Positions 10,615 through 21,618 of a stretch of 64,000 nt of DNA are shown here, in pieces (the stretch's first letter is position 1; each line of letters opens with the position of its first letter). A model generated the notes under the pieces. That model was not told the origin of the DNA, did not search any database, and saw nothing but the letters and a program-made list of their open reading frames with translations. This DNA comes from an uncultured Proteiniphilum sp. Its GTDB lineage: Bacteria; Bacteroidota; Bacteroidia; Bacteroidales; Dysgonomonadaceae. Position numbers and translations under genes: made by a program. The DNA is taken from NCBI GenBank assembly GCA_964384545.1, contig CAYLKV010000009.1:13619-77618 (forward strand), read 5' to 3'.

Positions 10615-11640
10615 CTACTGCCAATCTAAAATAACTTTACCGCACTGTCCGGTTTCCATAATATCAAAGCCTTTCTGGAAATCGTTTACATTAAAACGGT
10701 GAGTAATAATTGGAGACAGATCTAGACCAGAGATCAGCATCTGTTCCATTTGATACCATGTCTCCCACATTTCGCGACCATATATTCCTTTAAGAGTAAG
10801 AGCTTTAAAGATAATTTTATCCCAATCAACTGTAGTTGTGTTAGGCAGAATTCCAAGTAATGAGATCTTAGAACCATTATACATATTCTCAATCATCTCT
10901 TTAAAACCTGCAGGAGATCCTGACATTTCAAGACCAACATCAAAACCACGCATACCAAGTTTCTCAACAGCCTGAGCAACAGTCTCTCCTTTTGATAGAT
11001 TTACAGTCATTGTTGCTCCCATCTTTTTGGCAATCTCAAGCCTGTATTCGCTCAAATCACTAACAACAATATATCGAGCACCTGCAAACTTACAAATTGC
11101 TGTAGCCATACTACCAATCAGTCCCACTCCTGTAATAAGCACATCTTCAGCAATCAAAGGGAATGAAAGGGCAGTGTGAGTAGCATTTCCAAATGGGTCC
11201 ATAATAGAAATAATCTCGTCAGGAATGCGACTATCTACTTTCACAACATTTGCAGCCGGAAGTGAAAGATACTCAGCAAAAGCACCATCTCTGTTTACAC
11301 CTATTCCAATTGTATTTTCGCAAACATGAAGTTTACCTCTTCTGCAGTTTCTGCAATGACCACAAGCAATATGACCTTCACCAGTTACACGATCACCAAC
11401 TTTAAAGTTCTCAACACCTCTGCCCATATCAACTATCTCACCCACATATTCATGACCGATAGTCATAGGGGTTTTAACAGTCTTTTGCGACCATTCATCC
11501 CACTTGTAAATATGCAAATCTGTACCGCATATAGATGTTTTCTTTATTTTGATTAGCACATCATTCACCCCAATTGATGGAATTGGAACCTCTTCCATCC
11601 AAAGTCCTTTTTCAGGTCTCAACTTAACTAATGCTCTCAT
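10615..11640 (-). CDS. tdh: L-threonine 3-dehydrogenase (zinc-dependent MDR family)
   Basis: 341 aa. [15 protein letters not shown] and [10 protein letters not shown] zinc motifs. Lies downstream of kbl, as in the classical kbl-tdh operon. Confidence 0.92.
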   Translation of the reverse strand: MRALVKLRPEKGLWMEEVPIPSIGVNDVLIKIKKTSICGTDLHIYKWDEWSQKTVKTPMTIGHEYVGEIVDMGRGVENFKVGDRVTGEGHIACGHCRNCRRGKLHVCENTIGIGVNRDGAFAEYLSLPAANVVKVDSRIPDEIISIMDPFGNATHTALSFPLIAEDVLITGVGLIGSMATAICKFAGARYIVVSDLSEYRLEIAKKMGATMTVNLSKGETVAQAVEKLGMRGFDVGLEMSGSPAGFKEMIENMYNGSKISLLGILPNTTTVDWDKIIFKALTLKGIYGREMWETWYQMEQMLISGLDLSPIITHRFNVNDFQKGFDIMETGQCGKVILDWQ

Positions 11641-11680
11641 ATTGTTTTATATTGTAATTAGTTGTGAATATATCTTTTAT

Positions 11681-12868
11681 CTAAATCACTTTCAATTCTT
11701 TACCTACTTTAATAAACGCTTTAATAGCTTTATCGAGCTGTTCTCGGTCGTGTCCTGCAGATAGCTGAACTCTAATTCTTGCCTCATTTCTAGGTACTAC
11801 CGGATAGTAGAAACCAGTCACATATATACCCTCATTCAATAGTTCCGCTGCATATTGTTGCGATAATTTTGCATCATAAAGCATAACTGCACAGATAGCC
11901 GACTGAGTAGGCTTAATATCAAATCCGGCTTCCTTCATTTGTGAAACAAAATATTCAACATTTACATGCAATTTATCCTGAAGCTCATTATTCTCTTCAA
12001 GCATAGTAAAAGCCTCAATTCCGGCTGCAGCAACCATAGGAGGTATAGAGTTAGAGAATAGATATGGACGTGAACGCTGACGCAGCATATCAATTATCTC
12101 TTTTTTTCCAGTTGTAAATCCACCAATAGCACCACCAAATGCTTTTCCTAGTGTACCAGTAATTATATCAACCTCTCCAAGAAGATTATAAAGTTCTGAA
12201 ACACCTTTACCACTATTTCCAACAACACCGGCAGAGTGACTTTCATCAACCATCACCAAAGCATCGTACTTTTCAGCAAGCTTCATTATCTTGTCTAGAG
12301 GTGCCACATTTCCATCCATTGAGAAAACACCATCTGTTACAATTATACGAAAGCGCTGTGCCTGAGCCTCTTTTAGTCTGGCTTCCAATTCATTCATATC
12401 AGCATTTGCATAGCGATATCTTTTAGCTTTACACAAACGAACACCATCAATAATTGAGGCATGATTAAGAGCATCAGAAATTATAGCATCCTCTTCTGTA
12501 AACAGTGGTTCAAATACACCTCCATTTGCATCGAAGCATGCAGCATACAAAATTGTATCTTCAGTATGAAAAAAATTGCTGATAGTCTTCTCTAGGTTCT
12601 TGTGATAGTCCTGAGTACCACATATAAAGCGTACAGAAGACATACCATATCCACGCTTATCCAAAGCATCTTTAGCAGCATTAATCAATCGAGGATGATC
12701 AGAAAGGCCAAGATAATTGTTCGCACAGAAATTCAACACCTCTTGTCCTGTTTCTACTTTAATCTTTGCACTTTGTGGGGTAACTATAATTCTCTCGTTT
12801 TTGTACAAACCTGCCTCTTCAATGTTTTTCAATTCATTATGCAAGTGTTCTTTAAATTTCCCGTACAT
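11681..12868 (-). CDS. kbl: Glycine C-acetyltransferase / 2-amino-3-ketobutyrate CoA ligase
   Basis: 395 aa PLP alpha-oxoamine synthase. NNYLGL, DESHS and GTLGKAFGG (PLP lysine) motifs. Confidence 0.92.
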   Translation of the reverse strand: MYGKFKEHLHNELKNIEEAGLYKNERIIVTPQSAKIKVETGQEVLNFCANNYLGLSDHPRLINAAKDALDKRGYGMSSVRFICGTQDYHKNLEKTISNFFHTEDTILYAACFDANGGVFEPLFTEEDAIISDALNHASIIDGVRLCKAKRYRYANADMNELEARLKEAQAQRFRIIVTDGVFSMDGNVAPLDKIMKLAEKYDALVMVDESHSAGVVGNSGKGVSELYNLLGEVDIITGTLGKAFGGAIGGFTTGKKEIIDMLRQRSRPYLFSNSIPPMVAAAGIEAFTMLEENNELQDKLHVNVEYFVSQMKEAGFDIKPTQSAICAVMLYDAKLSQQYAAELLNEGIYVTGFYYPVVPRNEARIRVQLSAGHDREQLDKAIKAFIKVGKELKVI

Positions 12869-13009
12869 ATTCTTTATATTTTTAAAGTTGTTTTATTACA
12901 GTTAATAGTCCTATTTTAAAACCGATCTGTTTTAGTCAACCTATAATCAATTTTAAGCTCTAAGAATTTTGTCTAATCTGTTTAATTATAACTGAAAATT
13001 AATTTATTA

Positions 13010-14242
13010 TTAATCAATTAACGAAGTCGGCAGCGTTTTTTTAGTCTTAACACCCAACTCCCTCAACTTCTCAGCCTGTCCAATAAGATTACCCCTACCC
13101 GACTTCAACTGGGAATATGCATTATTATAGCTTTTCTTTGCTTTTTCTAGGTGTGTATCTATCTCAGTGAGTGATGCAACAAAATTGACAAGCTTATCAT
13201 ATAGTGCAGATCCTCTTTCAGCAATCTCCATAGCATTTCTATTCTGATACTCCCTCTTCCACAGGTCAGAAATCAACTTAAGAGCGGCAATAAGGTTAGT
13301 TGGGCTAATTAGCAATATCTTTTTATCGTATGCATACTGCCACAACTTCTCATCATACTGCAGAGCAAGCATATATGCAGGCTCGTTAGGAATAAACATC
13401 ATTACAAAATCGAGTGTATCTGTATAATCCTGGTAGCTTTTAACGCTAAGCTCATCGATATGCTTTTTTACCGATCTCAAATGGTCGCGAATAAATCTCT
13501 TCTGCTCTTCAGCATCATTGCTACCCACATAATATGCATATGCAGTAAGCGAAACCTTAGAGTCGATAATTACTTTTCTATTGTCGGGATAAGAGATAAT
13601 TACATCAGGCTGCATCTTATAACCCTGATCGTTAACTAAGTAATTACCATCTTCATCTTTCAGAAACTCCTGAACAAAATATTCTCTATCCTTAACCAAT
13701 CCCGATTGCTCAAGTATATTCTCAAGAATCATCTGACCCCAATCGCCCTGAATCTTAGAGTTCCCCTTAAGCGCTTGTGTAAGATTGTTAGCCTCACTGC
13801 TAAGCTTATCATTTAAATCCCTAAGATTCTTCAGTTCAAGGCCAAGTGAAAATCTTTCACGAGATTCGCTCATATAAATCTCCTCCACCTTTTTGCGGAA
13901 TGAGTCGATATTATCTCCAAAAGGTCTCAATATAGAATCGAGGTTAACCCTGTTTAGCTGTGTAAACTTTTCACTCTTCTCATCTAGTATCTTTGAGGCA
14001 ATATTTTGAAACTCAAGGTTCAACTGCCTGTGCAATCCCTCAATCTCACTCTTTCTTGCTTCAACACTCTCATTAAGCTTCTCTTTTGCAATTGCCAAAT
14101 CGCTCCTAAGCCCAAAATTCATCTCCAACAGCTTATTATACTCCGCTTTAGAAACAGAATTCGACTTAGTCAGCAATGTTGCTATAATCCATGCAATAAT
14201 TCCCCCGGCCAAGAATGCAACTACAAAATAAATCTGGTTCAT
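13010..14242 (-). CDS. rmuC: DNA recombination protein RmuC
   Basis: N-terminal TM helix, long coiled coil, C-terminal [21 protein letters not shown]...FVMMFIPNE RmuC nuclease-like core. Confidence 0.85.
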   Translation of the reverse strand: MNQIYFVVAFLAGGIIAWIIATLLTKSNSVSKAEYNKLLEMNFGLRSDLAIAKEKLNESVEARKSEIEGLHRQLNLEFQNIASKILDEKSEKFTQLNRVNLDSILRPFGDNIDSFRKKVEEIYMSESRERFSLGLELKNLRDLNDKLSSEANNLTQALKGNSKIQGDWGQMILENILEQSGLVKDREYFVQEFLKDEDGNYLVNDQGYKMQPDVIISYPDNRKVIIDSKVSLTAYAYYVGSNDAEEQKRFIRDHLRSVKKHIDELSVKSYQDYTDTLDFVMMFIPNEPAYMLALQYDEKLWQYAYDKKILLISPTNLIAALKLISDLWKREYQNRNAMEIAERGSALYDKLVNFVASLTEIDTHLEKAKKSYNNAYSQLKSGRGNLIGQAEKLRELGVKTKKTLPTSLID

Positions 14243-14269
14243 ATTATACCGGTGAATTATTATCCTTAA

Positions 14270-15490
14270 CTATTTTATATTTCTGAGTATATGTCCCATT
14301 CTCTTCTTCTTGGTCTCCATATAAAATTTATTAATCTCATTTGGAATCACCTCAAGAGGAACATTATCAACAACTGAAAGTCCGTACGATTCAAGACCAA
14401 TTCTCTTCTTAGGATTATTTGTCATCAGTCGCATATTCTTAATATCAAGACTCCTTAATATCTGTGCACCAACACCATAATCTCTCTCATCTGCCTGATA
14501 TCCAAGATGCAGGTTAGCGTCAACAGTATCAAGCCCCTCTTCCTGGAGCTTATAAGCAGCAGCCTTAGCCATCAGTCCAATTCCTCTGCCCTCCTGATTA
14601 AGATATACTAAAACACCTTTACCCTCTTTCTCAATCATTTCAAGCGCCTTATGCAACTGTTCGCCACACTCACACCTCATTGAACCAAAGATATCACCTG
14701 TCATACAAGAAGAGTGAACACGAACCAAAACCGGCTCATCATCCTTCCACTCACCCTTTATAAGAGCCACATGCTCCTGACCAGTTGCTTTTTGCAAGAA
14801 AGGAATCATCATAAATTCGCCGAACTCGGTTGGCAACTTAACAGCTTCTCCCCTCTCTATAAGAGATTCGGTGCGAAGTCTGTATTTAATTAAATCGGCA
14901 ACAGAGACAATCTTCATGTCGAACTTCTTAGCCATCTCCATCAGCTCCGGAAGTCTTGCCATCGAACCATCTTCATTTTTTATCTCAGCAAGTGCTCCAG
15001 CAGGATATAATCCGGCAAGACGAGCAAAATCTATTGTTGCTTCGGTATGACCGGCACGTCGTAAAACACCTTTTGATTGCGCTTTAAGAGGGAAAATATG
15101 ACCCGGGCGACCAAAATCCTCCGGTGCAGTCTCTTTACGAGTAAGCGCCAGTATTGTCTGAGCCCTGTCATATGCCGAAATACCGGTAGTACACCCGTGA
15201 GTAAGCAAGTCGATTGAAACAGTAAAAGGAGTAGCATGTACAGAAGTGTTGTTGGATACCATCATTGGCAACTCCAGCTCTTCGGCCCTCTCTTTTGTTA
15301 CCGGAGCACAAATAAGTCCTCTTGCATAAGTCTCCAAAAAATTAACCTTTTCGGGAGTAATACATTCAGCAGCAATTACCAAATCACCTTCATTTTCTCT
15401 ATCCTCATCATCTACGACTATAATGAAGTTACCTTTTTTAATCTCCTCAATAGCATCTTCAATGCTATCTAATACTATTTTTTCTTGCAT
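14270..15490 (-). CDS. ribBA: Bifunctional 3,4-dihydroxy-2-butanone-4-phosphate synthase / GTP cyclohydrolase II
   Basis: [13 protein letters not shown] (DHBP synthase) and [21 protein letters not shown] (GCH II zinc site). Confidence 0.92.
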   Translation of the reverse strand: MQEKIVLDSIEDAIEEIKKGNFIIVVDDEDRENEGDLVIAAECITPEKVNFLETYARGLICAPVTKERAEELELPMMVSNNTSVHATPFTVSIDLLTHGCTTGISAYDRAQTILALTRKETAPEDFGRPGHIFPLKAQSKGVLRRAGHTEATIDFARLAGLYPAGALAEIKNEDGSMARLPELMEMAKKFDMKIVSVADLIKYRLRTESLIERGEAVKLPTEFGEFMMIPFLQKATGQEHVALIKGEWKDDEPVLVRVHSSCMTGDIFGSMRCECGEQLHKALEMIEKEGKGVLVYLNQEGRGIGLMAKAAAYKLQEEGLDTVDANLHLGYQADERDYGVGAQILRSLDIKNMRLMTNNPKKRIGLESYGLSVVDNVPLEVIPNEINKFYMETKKKRMGHILRNIK

Positions 15491-15498
15491 ATCTCTAT

Positions 15499-17559
15499 TT
15501 AATTTACTTCTGATTCAATTTCGCCTGTTGCATCCAATTCATTCGATCCATCTGTTTCCTCTGAGTCAACAGACATGTCTGATATCTCTGAATCATCTAA
15601 AACTTCTGAAACCTCATTTCCATGTAACAAAGCATTTAATTCACCATTCAACCTCCTTACGTCCTTCAAATCATTAATAATTCTTAGGTCGAAAGGAATC
15701 GATGTAAGTCTTAATATTATGCCCACTGGAAACAGATACATAAATATCTTTGCAAGCAGACTATTTGGCTTAACATGACGTACACTATTTATAATTACAG
15801 GATACTCTTCAGCTTTTCTCAACTCATCATGACTTATCGAATTTGAGATAGAGCTAAGAATTTTCTCCATCGATACCTTAATTTTATAAAGCTCATCGTT
15901 AAAACCGTTGTCAGTCCAATACTTTTTATATGAGAATGTACTATATTCATCAAGATAAGAATCGATCCTTTGAGATAGCATATTCAAGCTATTCGAAATC
16001 TCAGAGTATCGCGGTTTATCAATAATAACAGACTTAACACCATATTTTCTCTTCTCTCTAATAAAAAAGAGCTTTTTAAATAAAGAAATATATGTATCGG
16101 AATTCATTATAACCGAGTCGTTCATAGCTTTATATGTCAGGAACACCCCAATAGGCAGCAGCACCAGAGAGCTGAACCACATACCAAACCAATGTTCCCA
16201 AACACCATCGCGGGTCATTTTGTATCCCACATTATTTACAATATAATATATAATAAAGAGGATTACAGAAATAACAATTGGGGTGCCCAAACCACCCTTA
16301 CGAACAATAGATCCGAGTGGGGCACCAATAAAGAAAAATATTAAACAGGTAAAAGGCACAGTAAACTTCCTGTGCCATTCTATCCAGTGCCTGTTTATTG
16401 TTTTTTGTGTAGTAGTTTTGTTTAATGATTTGAACAGGAACTCATTACTGTTGTTGTCGGCCTTCAGGTATGCATTTTGCATAATAGAAGATTGCTCCTG
16501 CATCGTTTTAGAGTGAAGTAGTGTATCGGCCGATGGAACCTCAATTCCTGAATTTATTACAGCTGTGATTACAGAGTCTCTTTTTCCTTCGGGATAGTTG
16601 CTTCTGAATGATAAGTATGAGTAGGTTTGCATTGTTTTTCTGTCTACAATGTTCACACTATCCATAATCAACTTCATAGAATCAATTGAGAAATGTAGCT
16701 GCGATAGATTCTTAGAAATATAGTTGTTGGTAGAACTCCCCTCAATCACCTCTTCACCCATACGAGAGAAGTTAGCATCGTAAGGAACCATCATCACCTT
16801 CTGCTTGAAGTTCTCTCTGGAGTAAGGAACAAAATCCTGATCATAATTCACCTTCCTGCTTCTGCTCTTGCTATCGTTCTGAATCCAGTTCTGAAACTGC
16901 TGACCGCTATACATTGTAAAGATCAGCATCGTTTTATCTTCATTCGACGACATCTCGGCTGAATCGCAAACTATTACGGTCATATTATTAAAACCGCTTG
17001 CTATATCATAAATCAACACATCATATAGCATACCGGTCTCCTGATTTTTGTGTTCCACATAAAGATTATAACCGTTAATCTCCTTATAAAAAACACGTTC
17101 CGGAATATCCAGCTCAGGTGAGGCTTGGCGGATAGATATCAAAAGTGAGTAGAATTTTGTCTGTATATTGGGGAGAGCATTATTCTGAAAAAAAAAGGCT
17201 CCTACACTAATACAAAATACAAGTATTATCAATGGCTTCATAATCCTCAACAGAGGAATACCTGCCGATTTTATTGCAAGAAGCTCAAGGTTCTCTCCTA
17301 AACTTCCAAAAACCATTAAAGATGCTAATAAAAGAGAGAGAGGCAGTGCAAGTGGTATAAGGTTAAGAGCTGCATATAAAAACATCTCGCCCAATACATC
17401 AAGGCCCAAGCCTTTACCAACCATATCTTCCACGTATTTCCAAAGAAATTGCATCAATACCAAAAAAAGGCATATCACAAATGTCATTACAAATACAGGA
17501 ATAAAGGTCTTTAGAATATAACTGTATAACCGTTTTATGTGGAAATCTTTTCTCATCAA
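15499..17559 (-). CDS. LptF/LptG (YjgP/YjgQ) family permease, long Bacteroidetes form with acidic C-terminal tail
   Basis: 686 aa. N-terminal [10 protein letters not shown]... permease motif, TM clusters at both ends around a large periplasmic insert, tail [19 protein letters not shown]. Confidence 0.75.
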   Translation of the reverse strand: MMRKDFHIKRLYSYILKTFIPVFVMTFVICLFLVLMQFLWKYVEDMVGKGLGLDVLGEMFLYAALNLIPLALPLSLLLASLMVFGSLGENLELLAIKSAGIPLLRIMKPLIILVFCISVGAFFFQNNALPNIQTKFYSLLISIRQASPELDIPERVFYKEINGYNLYVEHKNQETGMLYDVLIYDIASGFNNMTVIVCDSAEMSSNEDKTMLIFTMYSGQQFQNWIQNDSKSRSRKVNYDQDFVPYSRENFKQKVMMVPYDANFSRMGEEVIEGSSTNNYISKNLSQLHFSIDSMKLIMDSVNIVDRKTMQTYSYLSFRSNYPEGKRDSVITAVINSGIEVPSADTLLHSKTMQEQSSIMQNAYLKADNNSNEFLFKSLNKTTTQKTINRHWIEWHRKFTVPFTCLIFFFIGAPLGSIVRKGGLGTPIVISVILFIIYYIVNNVGYKMTRDGVWEHWFGMWFSSLVLLPIGVFLTYKAMNDSVIMNSDTYISLFKKLFFIREKRKYGVKSVIIDKPRYSEISNSLNMLSQRIDSYLDEYSTFSYKKYWTDNGFNDELYKIKVSMEKILSSISNSISHDELRKAEEYPVIINSVRHVKPNSLLAKIFMYLFPVGIILRLTSIPFDLRIINDLKDVRRLNGELNALLHGNEVSEVLDDSEISDMSVDSEETDGSNELDATGEIESEVN

Positions 17560-17614
17560 CAGTACAAAAAGAGACTTGTTTTAACTCTCGGCAAAGATAA
17601 TAAAAAAGAAGCTA

Positions 17615-18004
17615 TCAAACACCAAGTCTTCTCTTCATCTCTTCAACCTGCGACTCCCATAATGTAATTGCATCACCTTTTTCGTCGGGCTCAGCAAAAT
17701 CGGTAACTTCCAGAGTCATTTCTCCGGTTAATTCAAGTTTTCGCAACCTGAATTCGAAATAGACTGATTCATCATGATCGAGCCATCTGTATCGTATGCT
17801 AATCTGAGGTTTAATATGAACAATTTCAGCCTGACTTATAGAACTTTTACCCCATCTAAAAGTATAGACAGACTCGGTTTCATTCATGGTAACTTCATCT
17901 GCAAACCATTCCGAAAGGCCATCTATCTGACTTATCATACGCCATAAGCTACTAAGAGTGGCGTTACCCATAAGAAACTCGATATGGAACTTTTCTTGTA
18001 TCAT
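17615..18004 (-). CDS. Small START-like/SRPBCC-fold protein (function unknown)
   Basis: 129 aa. LSSLWRMISQIDGLSEWFAD... resembles AHSA1/START-like domain proteins. Assignment is from memory only. Confidence 0.45.
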   Translation of the reverse strand: MIQEKFHIEFLMGNATLSSLWRMISQIDGLSEWFADEVTMNETESVYTFRWGKSSISQAEIVHIKPQISIRYRWLDHDESVYFEFRLRKLELTGEMTLEVTDFAEPDEKGDAITLWESQVEEMKRRLGV

Positions 18005-18081
18005 GATTCATTCTAAAAATGATTCACAATATACAACTTTTTTTTGATTATCACATATCGAGTTCTCTTATTTAAATCTGC

Positions 18082-20067
18082 TTAGCTAATTGGCACATAT
18101 TCTACGAATGCCTCAATTGCTTCGTAAGAGGCAAGACCCAGTTTCCAGTACATATCTGCAGTAGCACGGTTGCGTGCCTCAGAGCGTTGCCAGAACAGTC
18201 TTTCGTCATCTCCAAGGAATGGGGCACTCTCCATTTGCGATTGATGCTGCAGAATTGCATTTCTCTTTTGACGAAGTTCTTCAGGTGAAAGCGGAACAGC
18301 CATTTCAATATGGTCAATCTCCCACTCCATCCATGCACCTCTGTACATCCAAACTCTACAATCTTTATACCAATTCTCAACCTTTAATATGTCAATAGCA
18401 CCAAGAATAGCATCCAGACACACCTTGTGAGTTCCGTGCGGATCTGCAAGGTCGCCTGCAACATATATCTGATGTGGCTTAATTGTCTCAATAAAATCCT
18501 TCATGATAAGTACATCCTTCTCAGAGATTGGATTCTTTTTCACCCTACCTGTCTCATAGAAAGGAAGATCAAGAAAATGAACATTTTCATTAGATAAACC
18601 CACATATCTGTCGGCAGAGCGAGCCTCCTCTCTTCTTATTCTCGATTTAATGAATAGAATTTCAGGAGTATCCAAATCATCTTTAGTCTTCTCATGCATC
18701 AGGAAGTGAAGAATATCATCATATTTCTTCTGCAGATCCACGCTATTTGGACTAAACTTCTTGGTTAGACTCTTCATTACAGAGATATATCTTATCACCT
18801 CTTCATCTCCTACAGCAATATTTCCTGAAGTTTGATAAGCAACATGCACTTCATGTCCCTGATTAACCAATCTTTGGAATGTTCCACCCATAGAAATTAC
18901 ATCATCATCAGGGTGAGGACTGAATATAATAACCTTCTTAGGATAAGGAGTTGCTCTTTCGGGACGATAGGTATCATCTGCATCAGGTTTTCCACCCGGC
19001 CATCCTGTAATAGTGTGCTGCAGATCATTAAATATCTTAATATTCACATTATAAGCAGAACCATAAAGCGATACCAGCTCACTCAATCCATTCTCGTTAT
19101 AATCCTTATTGGTTAGTTTTAATATTGGCTTATCCACCACACCACACAACCAAACAATAGCTCTTCTAATCAGTTTACTATTCCATTCACAGTTGGTTAC
19201 AAGCCACGGACGGCTCAATCTGGTAAGCTCCGATGCAGCAGCTAAATCAACAAAAACAGATGCTTCAGGATGAGACTGCAGCACCGATCCCGGCACAGAA
19301 TCTACAACAGCACCTTCAACAATATCTTTAATACTTTCAGCTTTCTGTTCACCCCAAGCCAAAAGTGTTATTTTTCTCGACTCCATCAAATCATACAGAC
19401 CCATTGTGATAGCACTCACAGGCACCTTATCCAACGATCCGAAATGATGTGCAATATCAGTTCTTGAGTCGCCGTCTAACATAACCAATCGCGTTTGCGA
19501 ATGTAGACTACTACCCGGCATATTAAAACCTATATTACCCTTACTTCCTAGTCCCAGTAACAGGTAATCCATTCCACCGAAGTTCTCTAATTTCTTCTCA
19601 TACTCCTCACAAATCTCTCCTATCATCTCTTTTTCAACAGTAGCATCCGGAGAAAATATATTTTCGGGAGCAATATCAATCTTGTCTAAAAAGACCTCCT
19701 TCAACATCTGAAGGTTGCTAAAAGCAAAATCCAAAACAGGATAGAACTCATAAGTATTAAAAACTACAACATTTTTAAAACTAAGACCCTCTTCTTTATG
19801 TTTTCTAACCAGCTCTTCATAAACGGGAACGGGAGATGCACCACCACTAATTCCAAAAACAAATGGCTTTCCCTCCTTCTCTTTTTGCGTTATCTCTTTA
19901 ACAATATCGTTTGCTATTTCTGTTACAGCTCTTCCTGCCTCTTCATATATAGCAACCGGTAGTTTCTCATAGCGAGCAAGATTATACTCTTCAAAATCAT
20001 TATCTGGTCTGTAATACCTTTTAGGAACTCTTTCGAGAGTAATTTGTGAACTCAAATCTAACCTCAT
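18082..20067 (-). CDS. nagB: Glucosamine-6-phosphate deaminase fused to a PIG-L/LmbE-type deacetylase-like domain
   Basis: 661 aa. N-terminal FGISGGASPVPVY sugar-phosphate isomerase fold. C-terminal half has IIFSPHPDDDVISMGG (LmbE HPDD motif). Confidence 0.8.
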   Translation of the reverse strand: MRLDLSSQITLERVPKRYYRPDNDFEEYNLARYEKLPVAIYEEAGRAVTEIANDIVKEITQKEKEGKPFVFGISGGASPVPVYEELVRKHKEEGLSFKNVVVFNTYEFYPVLDFAFSNLQMLKEVFLDKIDIAPENIFSPDATVEKEMIGEICEEYEKKLENFGGMDYLLLGLGSKGNIGFNMPGSSLHSQTRLVMLDGDSRTDIAHHFGSLDKVPVSAITMGLYDLMESRKITLLAWGEQKAESIKDIVEGAVVDSVPGSVLQSHPEASVFVDLAAASELTRLSRPWLVTNCEWNSKLIRRAIVWLCGVVDKPILKLTNKDYNENGLSELVSLYGSAYNVNIKIFNDLQHTITGWPGGKPDADDTYRPERATPYPKKVIIFSPHPDDDVISMGGTFQRLVNQGHEVHVAYQTSGNIAVGDEEVIRYISVMKSLTKKFSPNSVDLQKKYDDILHFLMHEKTKDDLDTPEILFIKSRIRREEARSADRYVGLSNENVHFLDLPFYETGRVKKNPISEKDVLIMKDFIETIKPHQIYVAGDLADPHGTHKVCLDAILGAIDILKVENWYKDCRVWMYRGAWMEWEIDHIEMAVPLSPEELRQKRNAILQHQSQMESAPFLGDDERLFWQRSEARNRATADMYWKLGLASYEAIEAFVEYVPIS

Positions 20068-20127
20068 ATTTTTAATTTATTTAAAGGAAAACATATTGAT
20101 ATTATAACAATCCTGATTAATTCCTGT

Positions 20128-21504
20128 TTATTGAACACTCTTCTTATCGATCTTTTTTGTAATAGTTCCATAAAAATATAGAGCAACTGCAGAAATCAGC
20201 CCAATTCCCACAAATACATACCATATATAATGTGAATTTTGTGTAGCAGCAGAATAACTTAGAGTATCCAATACACCAGCTTCGTCTGTAAAGAGTCGAG
20301 GATCGGGACAATATTTATCTAAAAGGAATCCCGACAATCCAAAGGCAAACAGAAATGAAAAGAATGAGTGCAAGTGACTAAACCCTAAATAGAGACCCTC
20401 TTCACCTTCAGGAGCCTGAAGCGAGAAAAACTCTAAATAGCGTGGAGAGATAAAACACTCAGCAATTGCCTGAAGAGCAATGCCTATAATCATCATAAAT
20501 GCCACAGGATGTAAGCCCCAGATAAACCCTTCACCCACCTGAGTGCCAAAAGACATCACCAGCGCCGATACAGGAATAATAAGCATACCTATCATCATAG
20601 ATTTTATAGCAGATCTCTTCTTCATAAGAGAGGTAACAAAATTTACACTTATAAAAACTACAAGTGGATTAACATTTGCATACCATCCGGGCGAAGCACC
20701 CTCACCAATCATTCTGATCACATATTTAGGCATAGTGGCGTACATCTGACTCTGTATCATCCAGAAACCACTAACAATAATAATCAGCAACAAAAGGCGA
20801 CCATTTGACATCACCTTTATAAATGATTTGCCAATATCTGCGAAGCTCTTACTACTGCTTTCCGACTTAGCCGATTTATAGAAAAGATATACAGCAACAA
20901 GTGCCAAAAGAGTCATTGCAGCCGAGAAGTAGTTGAGATAAACCAACCCCTGATCGCCCATACTTCTGCGGAGTGGGTCAACAACAGTCTTTCCTGTAAA
21001 AGCACCAATATTCACCATCATATAAAATATTGAATATCCGCGTGCCCTGTTTTCTGTAGTAGTCTCTCTGGCAACCGTTCCGGAGATAACCGACTTAATA
21101 AATGCTCCACCAATAACTAGTAGTACCAGCGGTGCAATAATCGACCATCTCAAACTACTATCCTGAATTCCGGTGTAGGTAGTGGTCATTCCATAACTAA
21201 CCAATCCTGCGCTCTCAAGCAGTGTAGGCAAAACACCTAAACCGGCGTAACCAACTGTTAGTAGTGCAAAAGCCAATATTATAGCTTTTCTAAATCCAAT
21301 CTTATCAGAAAATGCACCTGCAAACACAGGGAGAAGATAGAGAGAAGCAGAAAAGAGTCCGGCAATAACCCCAGCCTCAATATCACTAAATCCCCATACA
21401 TTAGAAAGATAGAGAGTTATAACTATAAAAACAGCATAATATGCCAGTCGCTCAAGCAGTTCTACAAAGTTAGCCACCCAAAAAGGCTTAGAAAATTTCG
21501 CCAT
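20128..21504 (-). CDS. POT/PTR2-family (MFS) peptide:proton symporter
   Basis: 458 aa, about 12 TM. N-terminal FVELLERLAYYAV matches the ExxERFxYY PTR2 motif. Confidence 0.75.
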   Translation of the reverse strand: MAKFSKPFWVANFVELLERLAYYAVFIVITLYLSNVWGFSDIEAGVIAGLFSASLYLLPVFAGAFSDKIGFRKAIILAFALLTVGYAGLGVLPTLLESAGLVSYGMTTTYTGIQDSSLRWSIIAPLVLLVIGGAFIKSVISGTVARETTTENRARGYSIFYMMVNIGAFTGKTVVDPLRRSMGDQGLVYLNYFSAAMTLLALVAVYLFYKSAKSESSSKSFADIGKSFIKVMSNGRLLLLIIIVSGFWMIQSQMYATMPKYVIRMIGEGASPGWYANVNPLVVFISVNFVTSLMKKRSAIKSMMIGMLIIPVSALVMSFGTQVGEGFIWGLHPVAFMMIIGIALQAIAECFISPRYLEFFSLQAPEGEEGLYLGFSHLHSFFSFLFAFGLSGFLLDKYCPDPRLFTDEAGVLDTLSYSAATQNSHYIWYVFVGIGLISAVALYFYGTITKKIDKKSVQ

Positions 21505-21564
21505 CAGTAATAATTTTTAAGTTTACACTATTATTAGAAAATTTAATATTGTCCACAAAGTTAA

Positions 21565-21588
21565 CAAAAAACAGTTGTAACAACCGTT
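21565..21588 (-). terminator. Putative intrinsic terminator after mutS2
   Basis: On the minus strand AACGGTTG-TTA-CAACTGTT (8-bp stem, one G-U pair) followed by TTTTT. Confidence 0.45.
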
Positions 21589-21618
21589 AAAATTCGGCCG
21601 TTTTTAAATATATTGAAT

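Noticed and set aside
15491-15498. I looked for an FMN riboswitch upstream of ribBA.
   Set aside because: Only 8 nt separate ribBA from the upstream LptF/G-family gene, leaving no room for a leader.
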